Below are positions 11,140 through 21,963 of a DNA stretch of 64,000 nt, one piece after another. The stretch lies in the NCBI RefSeq assembly GCF_006345805.1, contig NC_043017.1, positions 3,472,001 through 3,536,000 on the forward strand, in the 5' to 3' direction. Every line of letters begins with the position of its first letter. The first letter of the stretch is position 1. The stretch is from Octopus sinensis. Its lineage: Eukaryota. A program made the position numbers and the translations under genes. Below the pieces are notes generated by a model. That model had not been told where the DNA came from and searched no databases. It saw only the letters and a program-made list of their open reading frames with translations.

Positions 11140-11395
11140 CAATTATGGTCCCTGTTAGTGTACGTATGTGTTTTCCTTCATGTGTGTTAACTACATCATT
11201 AGAGTGTTTTAGCTCTTATTTCTAGCACCTTAGTCACATTTAGTGACATTTGTAATTCTCCTTCTTGGGTAAATATTGCAAACTGCTGTTCATGTTAATT
11301 TTATATAGACACATTAATGAATCGCTGAATCATCCAATTATTTGGACGATGGAAACATAAATACTAACGGCAAAGTGAGTCTGGAAAGAGCCAGA

Positions 11396-11466
11396 GTTGA
11401 GCAGGTTTAGCTGACGAGGCGAAGGAAATTGCCGAAACTGATGCATCAGTATTAAACATTCTCAAT
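11396..11466 (+). ncRNA. Type I hammerhead ribozyme, copy 2
   Basis: Stem I GTTTAG/TTAAAC; core CTGACGA 11411-11417; stem II GGCGA/TTGCC; GAAA 11434-11437; same stem III; GUA cleavage after 11451; outer stem GTTGAG/CTCAAT. Confidence 0.92.
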
Positions 11467-12056
11467 CAGCACTTTTCAGCGATTAAAATTAAAACGGTTA
11501 AAATACAGTACTAAGAAGAGAATCTATTTGCAGATGAGTTGTTTTAAAACTTACAATGATTCATATAATGCAGCAGTCTCTTGTTCAATCTGATATCTGT
11601 TGGATGAAACAGTCACGATATTAGTTTAGTATAACTGTCACTTCAATAACGCTAGACAGCTTCATGGATGAAATAGTAACGATAACATGTAAGATCCATC
11701 TTAATGTTTATAGATACAATATATGCCACAGTTTTGCTTGATAACTGCATACATATAATAACCAGGCTATGAGGCATTTTGGTACTGCTTATTTGGTACC
11801 ACTGATTGGATACTGGCTTATTTCGCATATGTTGTTTTAATGTTTCTCTTGTTTTAAAGTTTTCTCTCTCTCTCTCTCTCTATGTCTCATCCTTTATTTG
11901 TCTGTTTATGTTATCGCTGTTGCCATCATAGTCATCATTTAGCACCTGTTTTCCATGCTGGCATGGGTTGGACAGTTTGGCTGGAGATGGCAAGCCAGAG
12001 AGCTGCACCACACTCCACTCTGCTTTGGCTTGGTTTCTATAGCTAGATGCCCGTCC

Positions 12057-12290
12057 TAATCTATTATATAAAATCCGCTCTGTCTGTCTGTGTGTGTGCG
12101 TTCTCGGATCTCAGGCATCCCCCATCCGACTGCACTCAAATTTGATATGTAGATACCGACAGTATCAGGGCGTGTATAAGTCTTGAAAAAATTACAAAAA
12201 TCGATTCCAGGTGAGAATGCGATCGATAAAGCCGTGGGAATGTGCATTTGTAAAATCGTTTTTCTTGGAATAGAACAAAAGTCTATCTTT
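12057..12290 (+). mobile_element. Helentron/DINE-like non-autonomous element end (tentative)
   Basis: CTAATCTATTATATAAAATCCGCTCTGTCTGTCTGTGTGTG start typical of HINE/DINE-like elements; other end not resolved. Confidence 0.35.
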
Positions 12291-12799
12291 ATTTCTTCTT
12301 ATGCTGGTGTTTCAAATTTAGGTTACATCAGTGTTTCTCAAAGGGGAGGCCTGTGGGACGGTCGGACAAGTTATTTTGAGAAAATTTGGTTTAAATGTTT
12401 GATAACTCAGCTTGTGTTTTGCTTGTGTTTACTACTCCACGGAATGTACCATATGCCTTTTACATGATACTGGTACGGGTGCTCTTCATATATCAGTGGC
12501 ACAGGTGCCTTTTACATTCCACAGGCATGGGTGCTTTCTATGTGTCAACGGCAATGGCCACAACCACGATTTCACTTAGCTTGATAGGTCTCATATTTTT
12601 TATTTCTGTGTATGAGAAGAGGGGAAGTGTTTATGTTGACAGTGTTCAGTTAATAAGGATAAGCTGCTATGGCTCACACTACCCCAAAGTGTCTGAATTT
12701 GTATTCCCCACCCATGCCAGCATGGAGGGTGGATGTTAAACGGTGATGGTGATGAATGAATTGAAGCTCTGAACATGATCTTTACACTTCACAAGCAAA

Positions 12800-13025
12800 T
12801 GATGACTACGGCTACGGTGTCTGTGCGATTCCACGTGCTTGCTCTCCCAGTGGAGCATTTGTTAAATTTGCAATCTGGGCTGCAGGCAAAAGTGTTACTT
12901 TGCCGACTGGAACTTTAGAGGCAACCACCAGACATGGTCAGCCTTCATGAGGGATGCGGTGAACTCTTTGGTTGGAATTAGCTCAACCTATCCCAGGTGA
13001 ATGTTACCGCAAGTATAAGTAAGTA
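12800..13025 (+). mobile_element. RTE-clade LINE 3' end
   Basis: Translates ..NHQTWSAFMRDAVNSLVGISSTYPR*MLPQV*, followed by CAAGTATAAGTAAGTA tail, typical of RTE termini. Confidence 0.65.
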
Positions 13026-13385
13026 GTTGATAAATTGTAATGTCTGTCTGTGTCTTTCTCACTCATTCTTTCTCTCTGAATGTCTATATATTTCTGTGTA
13101 TATGTGTGTTTACCTCCAGTGCCAAAACAGGCTGCTCAATGTCCAGTCATCCATGCCGAATCATCAGTGCCTAAACAGCTGCACCCAATTGTCTCATTTC
13201 ACAAGAACCATAGAGTACTGATTTCAAATTTTTGACACAAGACCAGCAATTTTGGGGTGAGGGCTTAAGTCTATTACACTGACCCCCCCAATACTCAGCT
13301 GGTATTCATTTTATCGACACCGAAAGGATAAAAGGCATAGTTGACCTTTTTGGAATTTGAACTCAGAACGTAAAGACAGACAAAA

Positions 13386-13678
13386 TGCTAAATCTGCTAG
13401 AAATAGCAACCAGCTCTCTCACAATCAAGCCATATCTTAACTAATGAAAGAACATGTTAGATGGTGTATTTCTAGATATGCTCGGAAAGACAATATAGTC
13501 TCACAAATGATCCTAAGTCTGCTGGATAAGGGCTGAACAGGACCCAATATTTCCATCATACTTTGATACTGTGTACTGGAATAATAGTGCTGTGTAGTAT
13601 ATCCATCAACAACATCATCATTTAATGTCTGCTTTCCATGCTGGCATGGGTTAGACGGTTTGTCTGGAACTAGCAAGC
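13386..13678. repeat. Arm A of a 293-bp inverted duplication (partner 17350-17642)
   Basis: Reverse complement of 17350-17642 with 2 mismatches found by hand; includes non-repeat sequence plus a family D tail. Confidence 0.93.
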
Positions 13679-13855
13679 ATGCTGACAATTGTCAGCTCGC
13701 TGCCTTATAACCATAGATTACCTGATAACTATACATATAATAGTCACTTCCATGTTGCTTGATAGTCATAAATATAAGATATGTCTCAATATTTGTTGGT
13801 ATCTTGATAAATATAATATATAGCTAAAGTTGCTTGATAGCCATGTAGTATTAAT

Positions 13856-14060
13856 TAACCCTTTCATTACTGTATTTATTTTGAGATGTTCTGCGATTCT
13901 TTCAATTAATTTAAAATATAACAAAGAATTTAGTAAAATAACTTAGTTATCATTCAGCTAGTGTTAGGAACATAATTTGTGACTAAGGTTTGGTGGAAGA
14001 TTTTAATTCAGAACTTATGAGAACAAGACATTTGTACTCAGAACCAGAACCAGTTTCGAA
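13856..14060 (+). mobile_element. piggyBac-type MITE family E, right end truncated
   Basis: TTAACCCTTTCATTACTGT start; internal sequence matches 32458-32678. Confidence 0.75.
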
Positions 14061-14543
14061 ATTTGGGGAAGGTACTAATTAGTTAAATCGACCCCAGTGT
14101 TTCACTGGTACTTAATTTATTGACCTCCAAAAGGGTGAAAGGCAAAGTCGATCTTGGCAAAATTTGAACTCAGAATACCGCTCAGCATTTCATCCAGTGT
14201 GCTAATGATTTTGTCAGCTCACCGCCTAATTAATAAGTGTGTATGACAGCCACTTCAATATTGTTTGATGTCTGACAAAAATTATATCCATCTCAATAAT
14301 GCTTTGTTATATTTATAAAATATATCTCAATTTTTCTTGACAAACATGAAATTAGTTGATGATTGTGTACATATATTGTATGTGGTTGCAGACATGGTGA
14401 AGGAGTTCATAAGAATGCAATTTGCTGTTTAGATTGTAAGGATTACACTGTTCTTTCTATGCAGGTTCCTAGAGGGTTTGTCAGAGGAAAATTTCAAATT
14501 TGAAAGCAGGAGAAACTTCACTTATGGGTCAGGGGTTACTTAC

Positions 14544-14591
14544 TTATGTGTTGAGGGATGAAAGACGAAGTTGACAAACACGAGATTGGAA
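14544..14591 (-). CDS. ATAT1: Candidate ATAT1 48-nt cassette exon (V-PISCLSTSSFIPQHI)
   Basis: Acceptor ccctttattttccaag, consensus donor AA|GTAAGT. Phase 1/1, no stop introduced. Confidence 0.45.
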   Translation of the reverse strand, partial: FQSRVCQLRLSSLNT

Positions 14592-15360
14592 CTTGGAAAA
14601 TAAAGGGACTTAACTGAGAATCTCAGAGCATTTAATCCAGCACTGTGATTTTCTGCTAATTCATCACTTCTCATAGAGCTATAAATATTAATTTTATACA
14701 CTACATGGACAGAAGGCGTTAAATTTTGGGGAAGGATGTGGTCAAAGAAGTCAAGCCCCAATATCTGGTGAGTACTTTATTTTATCAACCTAAAGAATGA
14801 AAGGTAGGGTCAATCAAAGAGAAATTTGAACTAAGAATATCAAAGGAATATAATTAAATATTGGTTTCAAATTTTGGCACAAGACCAGTAATTTCAGGGG
14901 AGTAGGTAGTTTGTAGAAAAGCAGTAGAAGGCAAAAGTGGGTCAAAATTAGGCAGTAGAGAAAGAGTGGTCAGGTTGTATAGCAAGTGTGATGAAGCACA
15001 GAGAGAGCAGTAGGGTCTAGTAGAATGATAGATAGATAAGCAGAGAGAGAATTAGTAAGGCGATAGAGAAAGAATATTGATGAAGCATAGAGGGAGCGGT
15101 AAGGCAGTCAGTGGATGAGAAGGAGTAATAAGGCAGTAGAGAGAGAGAAGAGTAGTAGGGAAGGCGAGAGAGGGAGAAAGAAAGATGGAGTGGAAGAGCA
15201 GGAGAGAAACAGTTATAAGGCAATAGAGAAACCTTAGAAGACAGATATATATATATATATATTGATAGAAATGGTAAAACAACTAGAGAATGAAAGAGAC
15301 CTCAATATTATGTAAATAGAGGAATTTATCTATAAATATAATACGTGACAATTATTCGGT

Positions 15361-15432
15361 AGCCATGATAAAACTCCGAGTTTCAGACGTCGGGGCGGAA
15401 ACCCACACCGCCATCTCTTCAGTTATCCGGCC
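15361..15432 (-). ncRNA. Penelope-type type I hammerhead-like motif (variant), sense to ATAT1
   Basis: Minus strand: GATAA-CTGAAGA-GATG..CGTC-T-GAAA-CTCGGAG-T-T-TTATC. Stem I GATAA/TTATC with outer GGCC/GGCT, near-palindromic stem III, GUU triplet. One extra U before G12. Confidence 0.6.
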
Positions 15433-15835
15433 ATCAAAAAAATACTATATATATATATATACTTTATTTTATTTGTTAAGGAATAAAAATTCCGGCATCA
15501 CAGGGGTTCAAATTATTCTCAATGAGGAAATATAAGTTTTTTTCTTTTAGAGATAATAGGCCTTCATCCCAACCATATAAAGAATTTTAATTTAATTTAA
15601 TACTTACTACTTATATTTATATATATATAGCGTGGGCATGGCTGTGTGGTTAGGGAGCTTGCTTCCCAACTACATGGTTTCGGGTTCAGTCCCACTGCGT
15701 GACACTTTGGGTAGGTGTCTTCCGCTATAACCCCGAGACAACCGAAGCTTTGTGATTGAATTCGGTAGGTGGAAGTTACTGCCGTGTGTGTATGTGTGCG
15801 TATAGCTGCTCAGTGCCTCTCCGAAAGAGAGAGAG

Positions 15836-15880
<45 letters not shown>

Positions 15881-15988
15881 AGTGTGTGTGTGTGTGGAGC
15901 AAGGCAATAGAGAGGGACAGCATAAAACAGAAGAGAAACATATACAAGTATACATTAATTACTGGTTAATTGATTGAATATAGATTAC

Positions 15989-16139
15989 CTTTCTTTTTCT
16001 CAGAGAAGAATCCACGGTATATCACAAAGTTGTTTGTCTGAGGTATGGAATGAACGAGGTTGTAGTGTTTTTTGAGAAATGAACTAAATTTGAATGAAGG
16101 TTTGTCAATGGCTAACTGGCAAGGCAGCAGTCTTGTGTC
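15989..16139 (-). CDS. ATAT1: ATAT1 coding exon 5 (DTRLLPCQLAIDKPSFKFSSFLKKHYNLVHSIPQTNNFVIYRGFFSEKKK)
   Basis: Aligns to the ATAT1 motif QLAIDRPS..FL.KHYNL...PQVNNFVIFEGFF carrying catalytic Asp157. Canonical AG/GT, 151 nt. Confidence 0.96.
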
Positions 16140-17109
16140 CTGGCAAAATATGACATTGCTGTTATTATAATAATTACCAACTGATTAATATGTAAATTAA
16201 AAGATTAAAAAAAAAACTTAATTATCAGTTTCTAACATTGGGAACAAGGCTACACATTTTGTGGGAGGGTTTAATCGCTTGACCTTTTGCCTGTCCAAAT
16301 TTGGTCCTAAATGTCCGTGCCTGTTATCAGACTTTTAGCTAGATCTTGTTTCATATGTTTTGAGTAATAGAAAACTTGCCCTTCACAAGTCCCAAGTTAC
16401 TCTTGAGGCTGAAAAAATTGGGAATGTGTATCGTGTATGATGCATGGATGCCAGGGACAGGCAAAAGGCTAAACAGACCACAGTATATAACAGGTACATT
16501 ATTTTATTAACTAGTGCAGGATGATAAAGCAAAGATGACCTTGGCAGCACTTGAACTCAGAATATAAAGGTCTATAACTAAAAGCTGCAAAGCATTTTTC
16601 TCTGATGTTCTGACGATAATTATTAAAAAGTAACAGAAATCCTTATTAAATTCTGTCCTTGTGCCTATGTTGGCGGCAGCAGCAACAACAACAATCACCA
16701 GCACCACTACCATCACCACCATTCTCCCCACCCACTTTGTTAGTATGATTACACAGTTTAGGAGTCCACTTTGCAATTGTGTGGTCCTGATTTCAATCTC
16801 AGTGCATGGTACCTTTAGCAAGTTTCTTGAGTCAATCCTTTGCGGATGAAATTTGATAGACATAAACTGTGAGAAGCCTGTAAATTGCTCATGTTCTTGC
16901 ATGGTAGAGACTTAAACCACCACCTAGACTTCTTGTTCTTCCAATTCCAACTCAATGCCAGGCGGAAGAACTAAATTATTATAAATGGAATAAATGATTT
17001 GATTTGAAAACATGGAAAAAAAAAAAAAATTGTAAATCCCGAAACTTAAATGAATTTCCTGCTTAATGTGTAGAAAATATTGGAGTCATTTTAAGGAAGA
17101 GAATATTTC

Positions 17110-17420
17110 TTAATATTGTCAGGCCTCACGGAGGCAATGACCAGTGACCAAGACCGTTTGCGTTACGCTGTGCACGAGAGGACTCGTCAAGCCAAATGAA
17201 ATCATAGTCGCGGCTGTTGCTGGTGTTATGTAAATGGCATCCATGCCAGTGACATGTAAAAAGCACCCATTACACACTTGGAGTGGTTGTTGTTAAGAAG
17301 GGCTGTAGAAACCATGCCAAATCAGACTGGAACCCGGCGCAGCCCTCTGGCTTGCTAGTTCCAGACAAACCGTCCAACCCATGCCAGCATGGAAAGCAGA
17401 CATTAAATGATGATGTTGTT
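17110..17420 (+). mobile_element. RTE LINE 3' end with (GAT)n tail (family D)
   Basis: GLTEAMTSDQDRLRYAV-like ORF end followed by the family D 3' region. Confidence 0.75.
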
Positions 17421-17642
17421 GATGGATATACTACACAGCACTATTATTCCAGTACACAGTATCAAAGTATGATGGAAATATTGGGTCCTGTTCAGCCCTT
17501 ATCCAGCAGACTTAGGATCATTTGTGAGACTATATTGTCTTTCCGAGCATATCTAGAAATACACCATCTAACGTGTTCTTTCATTAGTTAAGATATGGCT
17601 TGATTGTGAGAGAGCTGGTTGCTATTTCTAGCAGATTTAGCA
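17350..17642. repeat. Arm B of the 293-bp inverted duplication (partner 13386-13678)
   Basis: ORF track gives the same peptide on opposite strands at 13437-13688 and 17283-17591. Confidence 0.93.
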
Positions 17643-17925
17643 ATCACATAATAGGTTCCTCATTGGCTCAGACAGAGGCTTCTTTGTTGGTTCAAATAAA
17701 GACCATTTCATTGGTTCAAATAAAAGATTGCTCACAGACTCAAACAAAGAACCCTTCGTTAGTCCAAAGAACATCATCATTAAGTCAGTGAGATTAGGCT
17801 AGGAGAAATACTAAAATGATTAAGGTGATTAAACATTTAATACATTGGATAATTGATTAAGTTGGGAATTTAAAATGATAATTAAATTTAAAAGAAAAGG
17901 AAAAACGAAATAAGTCAATGAATTA

Positions 17926-18153
<228 letters not shown>

Positions 18154-18221
18154 TCACAAAGTAACAAAACTATGCTTGGCTAAGCTAATGGGGTACTTGC
18201 TCCTTTTTCCTATAGTAGGTG

Positions 18222-18695
18222 GCTGTGTGGTAAGTAGTTTGCTTACGAACCACATGGTTCCGGGTTCAGTCCCATTGCGTGGCACCTTAGGCAAGTGTCT
18301 TCTACTATAGCCTCGGGCCAACCAAAGCCTTGTGACTGGATTTGGTAGATGGAAACTGAAAGAAGCCCATCGTATATATGTATATATATATGTTTATATA
18401 TATATATGTATATATATATATGTTTATATATATATATGTATATATATATATGTTTATATATATGTGTGTGTGTGTGTGTGTGTATGTGTGTGTATGTATG
18501 TATATGTGTGTATATGTTTGTGTGTATGTATGTATATGTGTGTATATGCTGGTGTTAGGAAGGGCATCCAGCTGTAGAAACTCTGCCAGATCAAGATTGG
18601 AGCCTGGTGCAGCCATCTGATTCACCAACCCTCAGTCAAATCGTCCAACCCATGCCAGCATGGAAAGCGGACGTTAAACGATGATGATGATGATG
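18222..18695 (+). mobile_element. Composite: SINE A 5' half, (TA)/(TG) tract, family D tail
   Basis: SINE A head at 18222-18380, microsatellite to about 18548, family D tail to 18695. Confidence 0.75.
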
Positions 18696-18871
18696 TTCTG
18701 ACACAATAAAAGCAGCAAACTATTTTGGTGTATTGTAGTATTTCTCTCACTATTAAGGTGGTGGTGAAGCATCATCACACAATATACAAAACTGCTGTTC
18801 AGTCCACTGTAAATTTTCTGGGGTTGCAAGCAACAATGTCAGAAACAAGGGGAAAAAAAAAAAAAACTTAC

Positions 18872-18960
18872 TGGTTTTGTTCATCTTTTAACAAATAAAT
18901 ACGATGGTCAGAATCTTTTAGCTTAGAAGTACTGGTCACCGGAATTCGTAACCCTTGAGC
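18872..18960 (-). CDS. ATAT1: ATAT1 coding exon 3 (AQGLRIPVTSTSKLKDSDHRIYLLKDEQN)
   Basis: Matches human AQNLSAPITSASRM..HVVYILKD including Gln58. Acceptor tttcttgcag, donor CA|GTAAGT. Confidence 0.96.
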
Positions 18961-19045
18961 CTGCAAGAAATGAAGATAAATGACAGCTTGAGATCTCTCT
19001 GCTGAATGGCAAACATAAAACGAAAGCAAAAACTCCTGAAGTTAC

Positions 19046-19800
19046 AGTGACAAAGGACATCTTGCTCAGAGTGAAAGGTAGATTGTATGGTGCATGTGTG
19101 CGAACCGCCATGCTTCTTGGCAGTGAAACACGGGCCATGACTGTTGAAGATATGTGTAGGTGCGAAAGAAATGAAGCTAGCATGATCCACTGGATGTGTA
19201 ACATCAGTGTGCATACACAACAGAATGTAAGTGCCCTGAGAGAAATGTTGGACATATGAAGCATCGGACGTGGCATGCAAGAGAGACATTTGTGTTGGTA
19301 TGGTCATGTACTACGGATGGATGAGGAGAGCTGTGTGAAGAAGTGCCACTCCCAAAACGTGGAAGGAATCCGGGGTAGAGGGAGACCCAGGAAGACATGA
19401 GATGAGGTGGTGAAGCATGACCTTCGAATGTTGGGCCTCACAGAGGCAATGACAAAAGACCAAGACCTCTGGAGATATGCTGTGACTGAGAAGATCCAAC
19501 AAATAAAGTGAGTTCAACAGCTGTAACCTACACCAGTGTCGCATAACCAGCCGACTCAAAAACTATATTGGATTGTAGGGCAACATTCCATGCTTGAGGA
19601 GACCTATTGAGTCAAGTACATCAAAATCAAAATTAAAATCAAATCAAATCACAATCAAATGGAAATTGTAGTTATGGTCCCCATACTAGTGGCACGTAAA
19701 AAGCCGATCATGGTTGATGCCAGCCCTCTCTGGCCCTTGTGCTGATGGTATGTAAAAAAAGCACCCACTGGTTACGATGATGAGGGTTCCAGTTAATCTG
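19046..19800 (+). mobile_element. RTE-clade LINE 3' fragment (ORF2 C-terminus and 3' UTR)
   Basis: KGRLYGACVRTAMLLGSET..WMCN..CWYGHVLRMDEESCVKK..EGIRGRGRPRKT..TEAMTKDQDLWRYAV with in-frame stops. Confidence 0.88.
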
Positions 19801-20087
19801 ATCAATGGAAGAGCCTACTACTCATGAAATTAATGTGCAAGTGGCTGAGCACTCAACAGTGTACATGTGTACCCTTAATGTACTTCTCAGGGTGATTCAG
19901 TGTGACACAGAATGTGATAAGGTTGGCCCTTTGAAATACAGGAACTACTCATTTTTGCCAGCTGAGTGGACTGGAGCAACGTGAAATAAAGTGTCTTGCT
20001 CAAGGACAAAACGCGTCGCCGGGAATTGAACTCGTGACCTTAAGATCACGAGCCGAATGCCCTAACCATTAAGCCATGCACCTCCAC
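19790..20087 (-). mobile_element. tRNA-derived SINE (family C-related head)
   Basis: Minus strand starts GTGGAGGTGCATGGCTTAATGGTTAGGG..GAGTTCAATTCCC. Confidence 0.7.
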
Positions 20088-20315
20088 ACACACATACACA
20101 TAAATAACGGGTCTCTTCAAAGATTCTGTTCAAATTTCAAGGCATTGGTCAAGCTGAGGCTACAGTGACATACACCTACCCAAGATTCCATACAAGACAG
20201 CTGAAACCAAGACAGCTCGGTTGAAACACAATTCTCTGAACAATACAATTACACCAGTTAATTTCACAACGATCAATTAAAATAAAAACGAGGAATGTTC
20301 AGGCGTTAAACTAAC

Positions 20316-20379
20316 CTTAGAAGACGCAATTCCAAGTTTGTCTATGACTATACATGCTGGGTCCTTCTGTTGTGTTGGT
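20316..20379 (-). CDS. ATAT1: ATAT1 coding exon 2 (E-PTQQKDPACIVIDKLGIASSK)
   Basis: Aligns to human QQQIMTIIDELGKASAK. Acceptor tttattttcag, donor AAG|GTTAGT, 64 nt. Confidence 0.93.
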
Positions 20380-20917
20380 CTGAAAATAAAGAACGAAACT
20401 GAGACATCAGAAATCATTAGAATTTAGAAATATATTACATCATAATAGGAACAAGCAACTAAAAAGATTAGAGTCCAGAAGGGCAGTATCACCATCATCA
20501 TTTAATGACCATTTTCCCAAGTTTGCTTGGTTGAGATGGAATTTGTTGAAACAGATTTTCAATGGTTGGATAGCTTTCCTGTTGACTCTCATCAGTTTCC
20601 AAGCAAGGCACACACATAAATACATACATGTATACATATATGATGAGCTTCTTTCAGTTTCCATCAACTAAATCCACTCACAAGGTTTTGGTAGTCTTGC
20701 AGGGCTAGAGTAAAAAAATACTTGCCCAAGGTGCTGTACAGTGGGACTGAACCCAAGACCAATTGGTTGGGAAGCTAGCTTCTTAACTCCCATAATCTGC
20801 ATCCTATCAGAAAACACTACTTCAAAAAGCCCTGTCCATCTCTTGACAGTAGGGCTGTGGAGTTGGTCCCCAAATCTTTGGCTCTCACTGCTCAGTAAAT
20901 GGTACCATAAACTCCAG

Positions 20918-21318
20918 CTGGAGCACCGCCTTTAGTCAAGCAAATCGACCCCGGAACTTATTCGTTGTAAACCTAGTACTTATTCTATCGGTCTCTTTTG
21001 CCGAACCGCTAATTTACAGGGATGTAACACACCAGCATCGGTTGTCAAGCGATGTTGGGGGGACAAACACAGACAGAAACTGAAAGAAGCCCGTCGTATA
21101 TATGTATATATATGTTTGTGTGTCTGTGTTTGTCACCCGAACATCGCTTGACAACCGATGCTGGTGTGTTTACGTCCCTGTAACTTAGCAGTTCGGCAAA
21201 AGAGACAGATAGAACAAGTACTAGGCTTACAAAGAATAAGTCCTCGGGGTCGATTTCTTCGACTAAAGGCGGTGCTCCAGCATGGCCGCAGTGAAAATGA
21301 CTGAAACAAGTAAAAGAC
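20918..21318. mobile_element. Inverted pair of SINE A 3' halves (minus 20918-21075, plus about 21076-21318)
   Basis: Arms 20918-21075 and 21121-21280 are largely reverse-complementary. Confidence 0.85.
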
Positions 21319-21336
21319 AAAACAACAAATACTCAC

Positions 21337-21428
21337 TCTCTCCGGTTCGTGTTGAACTGTTTTATTCGTTTGTCAAACTTGGTAATCCTGTTTGTGAAGA
21401 TCTGGTTGATATTGAAGTCAAATTCCAT
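21337..21428 (-). CDS. ATAT1: ATAT1 first coding segment (MEFDFNINQIFTNRITKFDKRIKQFNTNRR)
   Basis: MEF.F..N.IF start typical of ATAT1 (human MEFPFDVDALF). In-frame upstream TAG; donor GA|GTGAGT. Confidence 0.95.
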
Positions 21429-21679
21429 CGCTCTTAATGGTCTGCTGGCACCAACTAAGTGTCTGAGGCATGAATTAATGGAACTGTTGTGAAGCTATGA
21501 ACCAAGTGTTCATGATATGAGGAATCTTCCAATGGCATACTCAGTTTCTTCAAGCAATCTTTTACTCTTTCTATTTCTTTTCTTTTTCTTTCCCTGGCCT
21601 TAAACCCTTGTTATTCTTTCATTGTTTAAATCTTTTTTTGTTTTCAAAGTCTTTCATCCATTATATCTTGCATTTCCCC
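21429..21679 (-). other. ATAT1: Probable 5' UTR part of the first coding exon of ATAT1
   Basis: Strong acceptor ctttctgtatttttcag at 21681-21680; purine-rich leader. Nearer acceptors are also possible. Confidence 0.55.
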
Positions 21680-21779
21680 CTGAAAAATACAGAAAGTGGC
21701 AAAATGATGAAACGATAGTCAAATATTTCTCAGCTTCACAATGTATTGTCTCAAAAAGGCAGAGACAGACAGACAGACA

Positions 21780-21963
21780 AAATAGATTGATAGATAGATA
21801 GATGGATGGATGAATAGATCGACAGACAGATAGATGGATAGATAGATAGATGGATGGATGCATAGATAGACAGATAGACAAATAGATAGATAGATGGATG
21901 GATGCATAGATAGACAGATAGATAAATAGATAGATAGATGGATAGATAGATAGACAGAAAGAT

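Larger units (their letters stand above)
10914..11466 (+). repeat. Diverged direct tandem duplication, about 318-327 bp period, each unit ending in a hammerhead
   Basis: AGTCACATTT..TAGTGACATTTGTAATTCTCC starts at 10914 and 11232; the units align to the HHR ends with scattered substitutions and indels. Confidence 0.9.

Noticed and set aside
11030-11170. Protein-like frame GKVGLESAKAKPGLTDEAMEIAETDASVL
   Set aside because: No start or splice context; the second copy has indels; substitutions preserve RNA pairing rather than codons.
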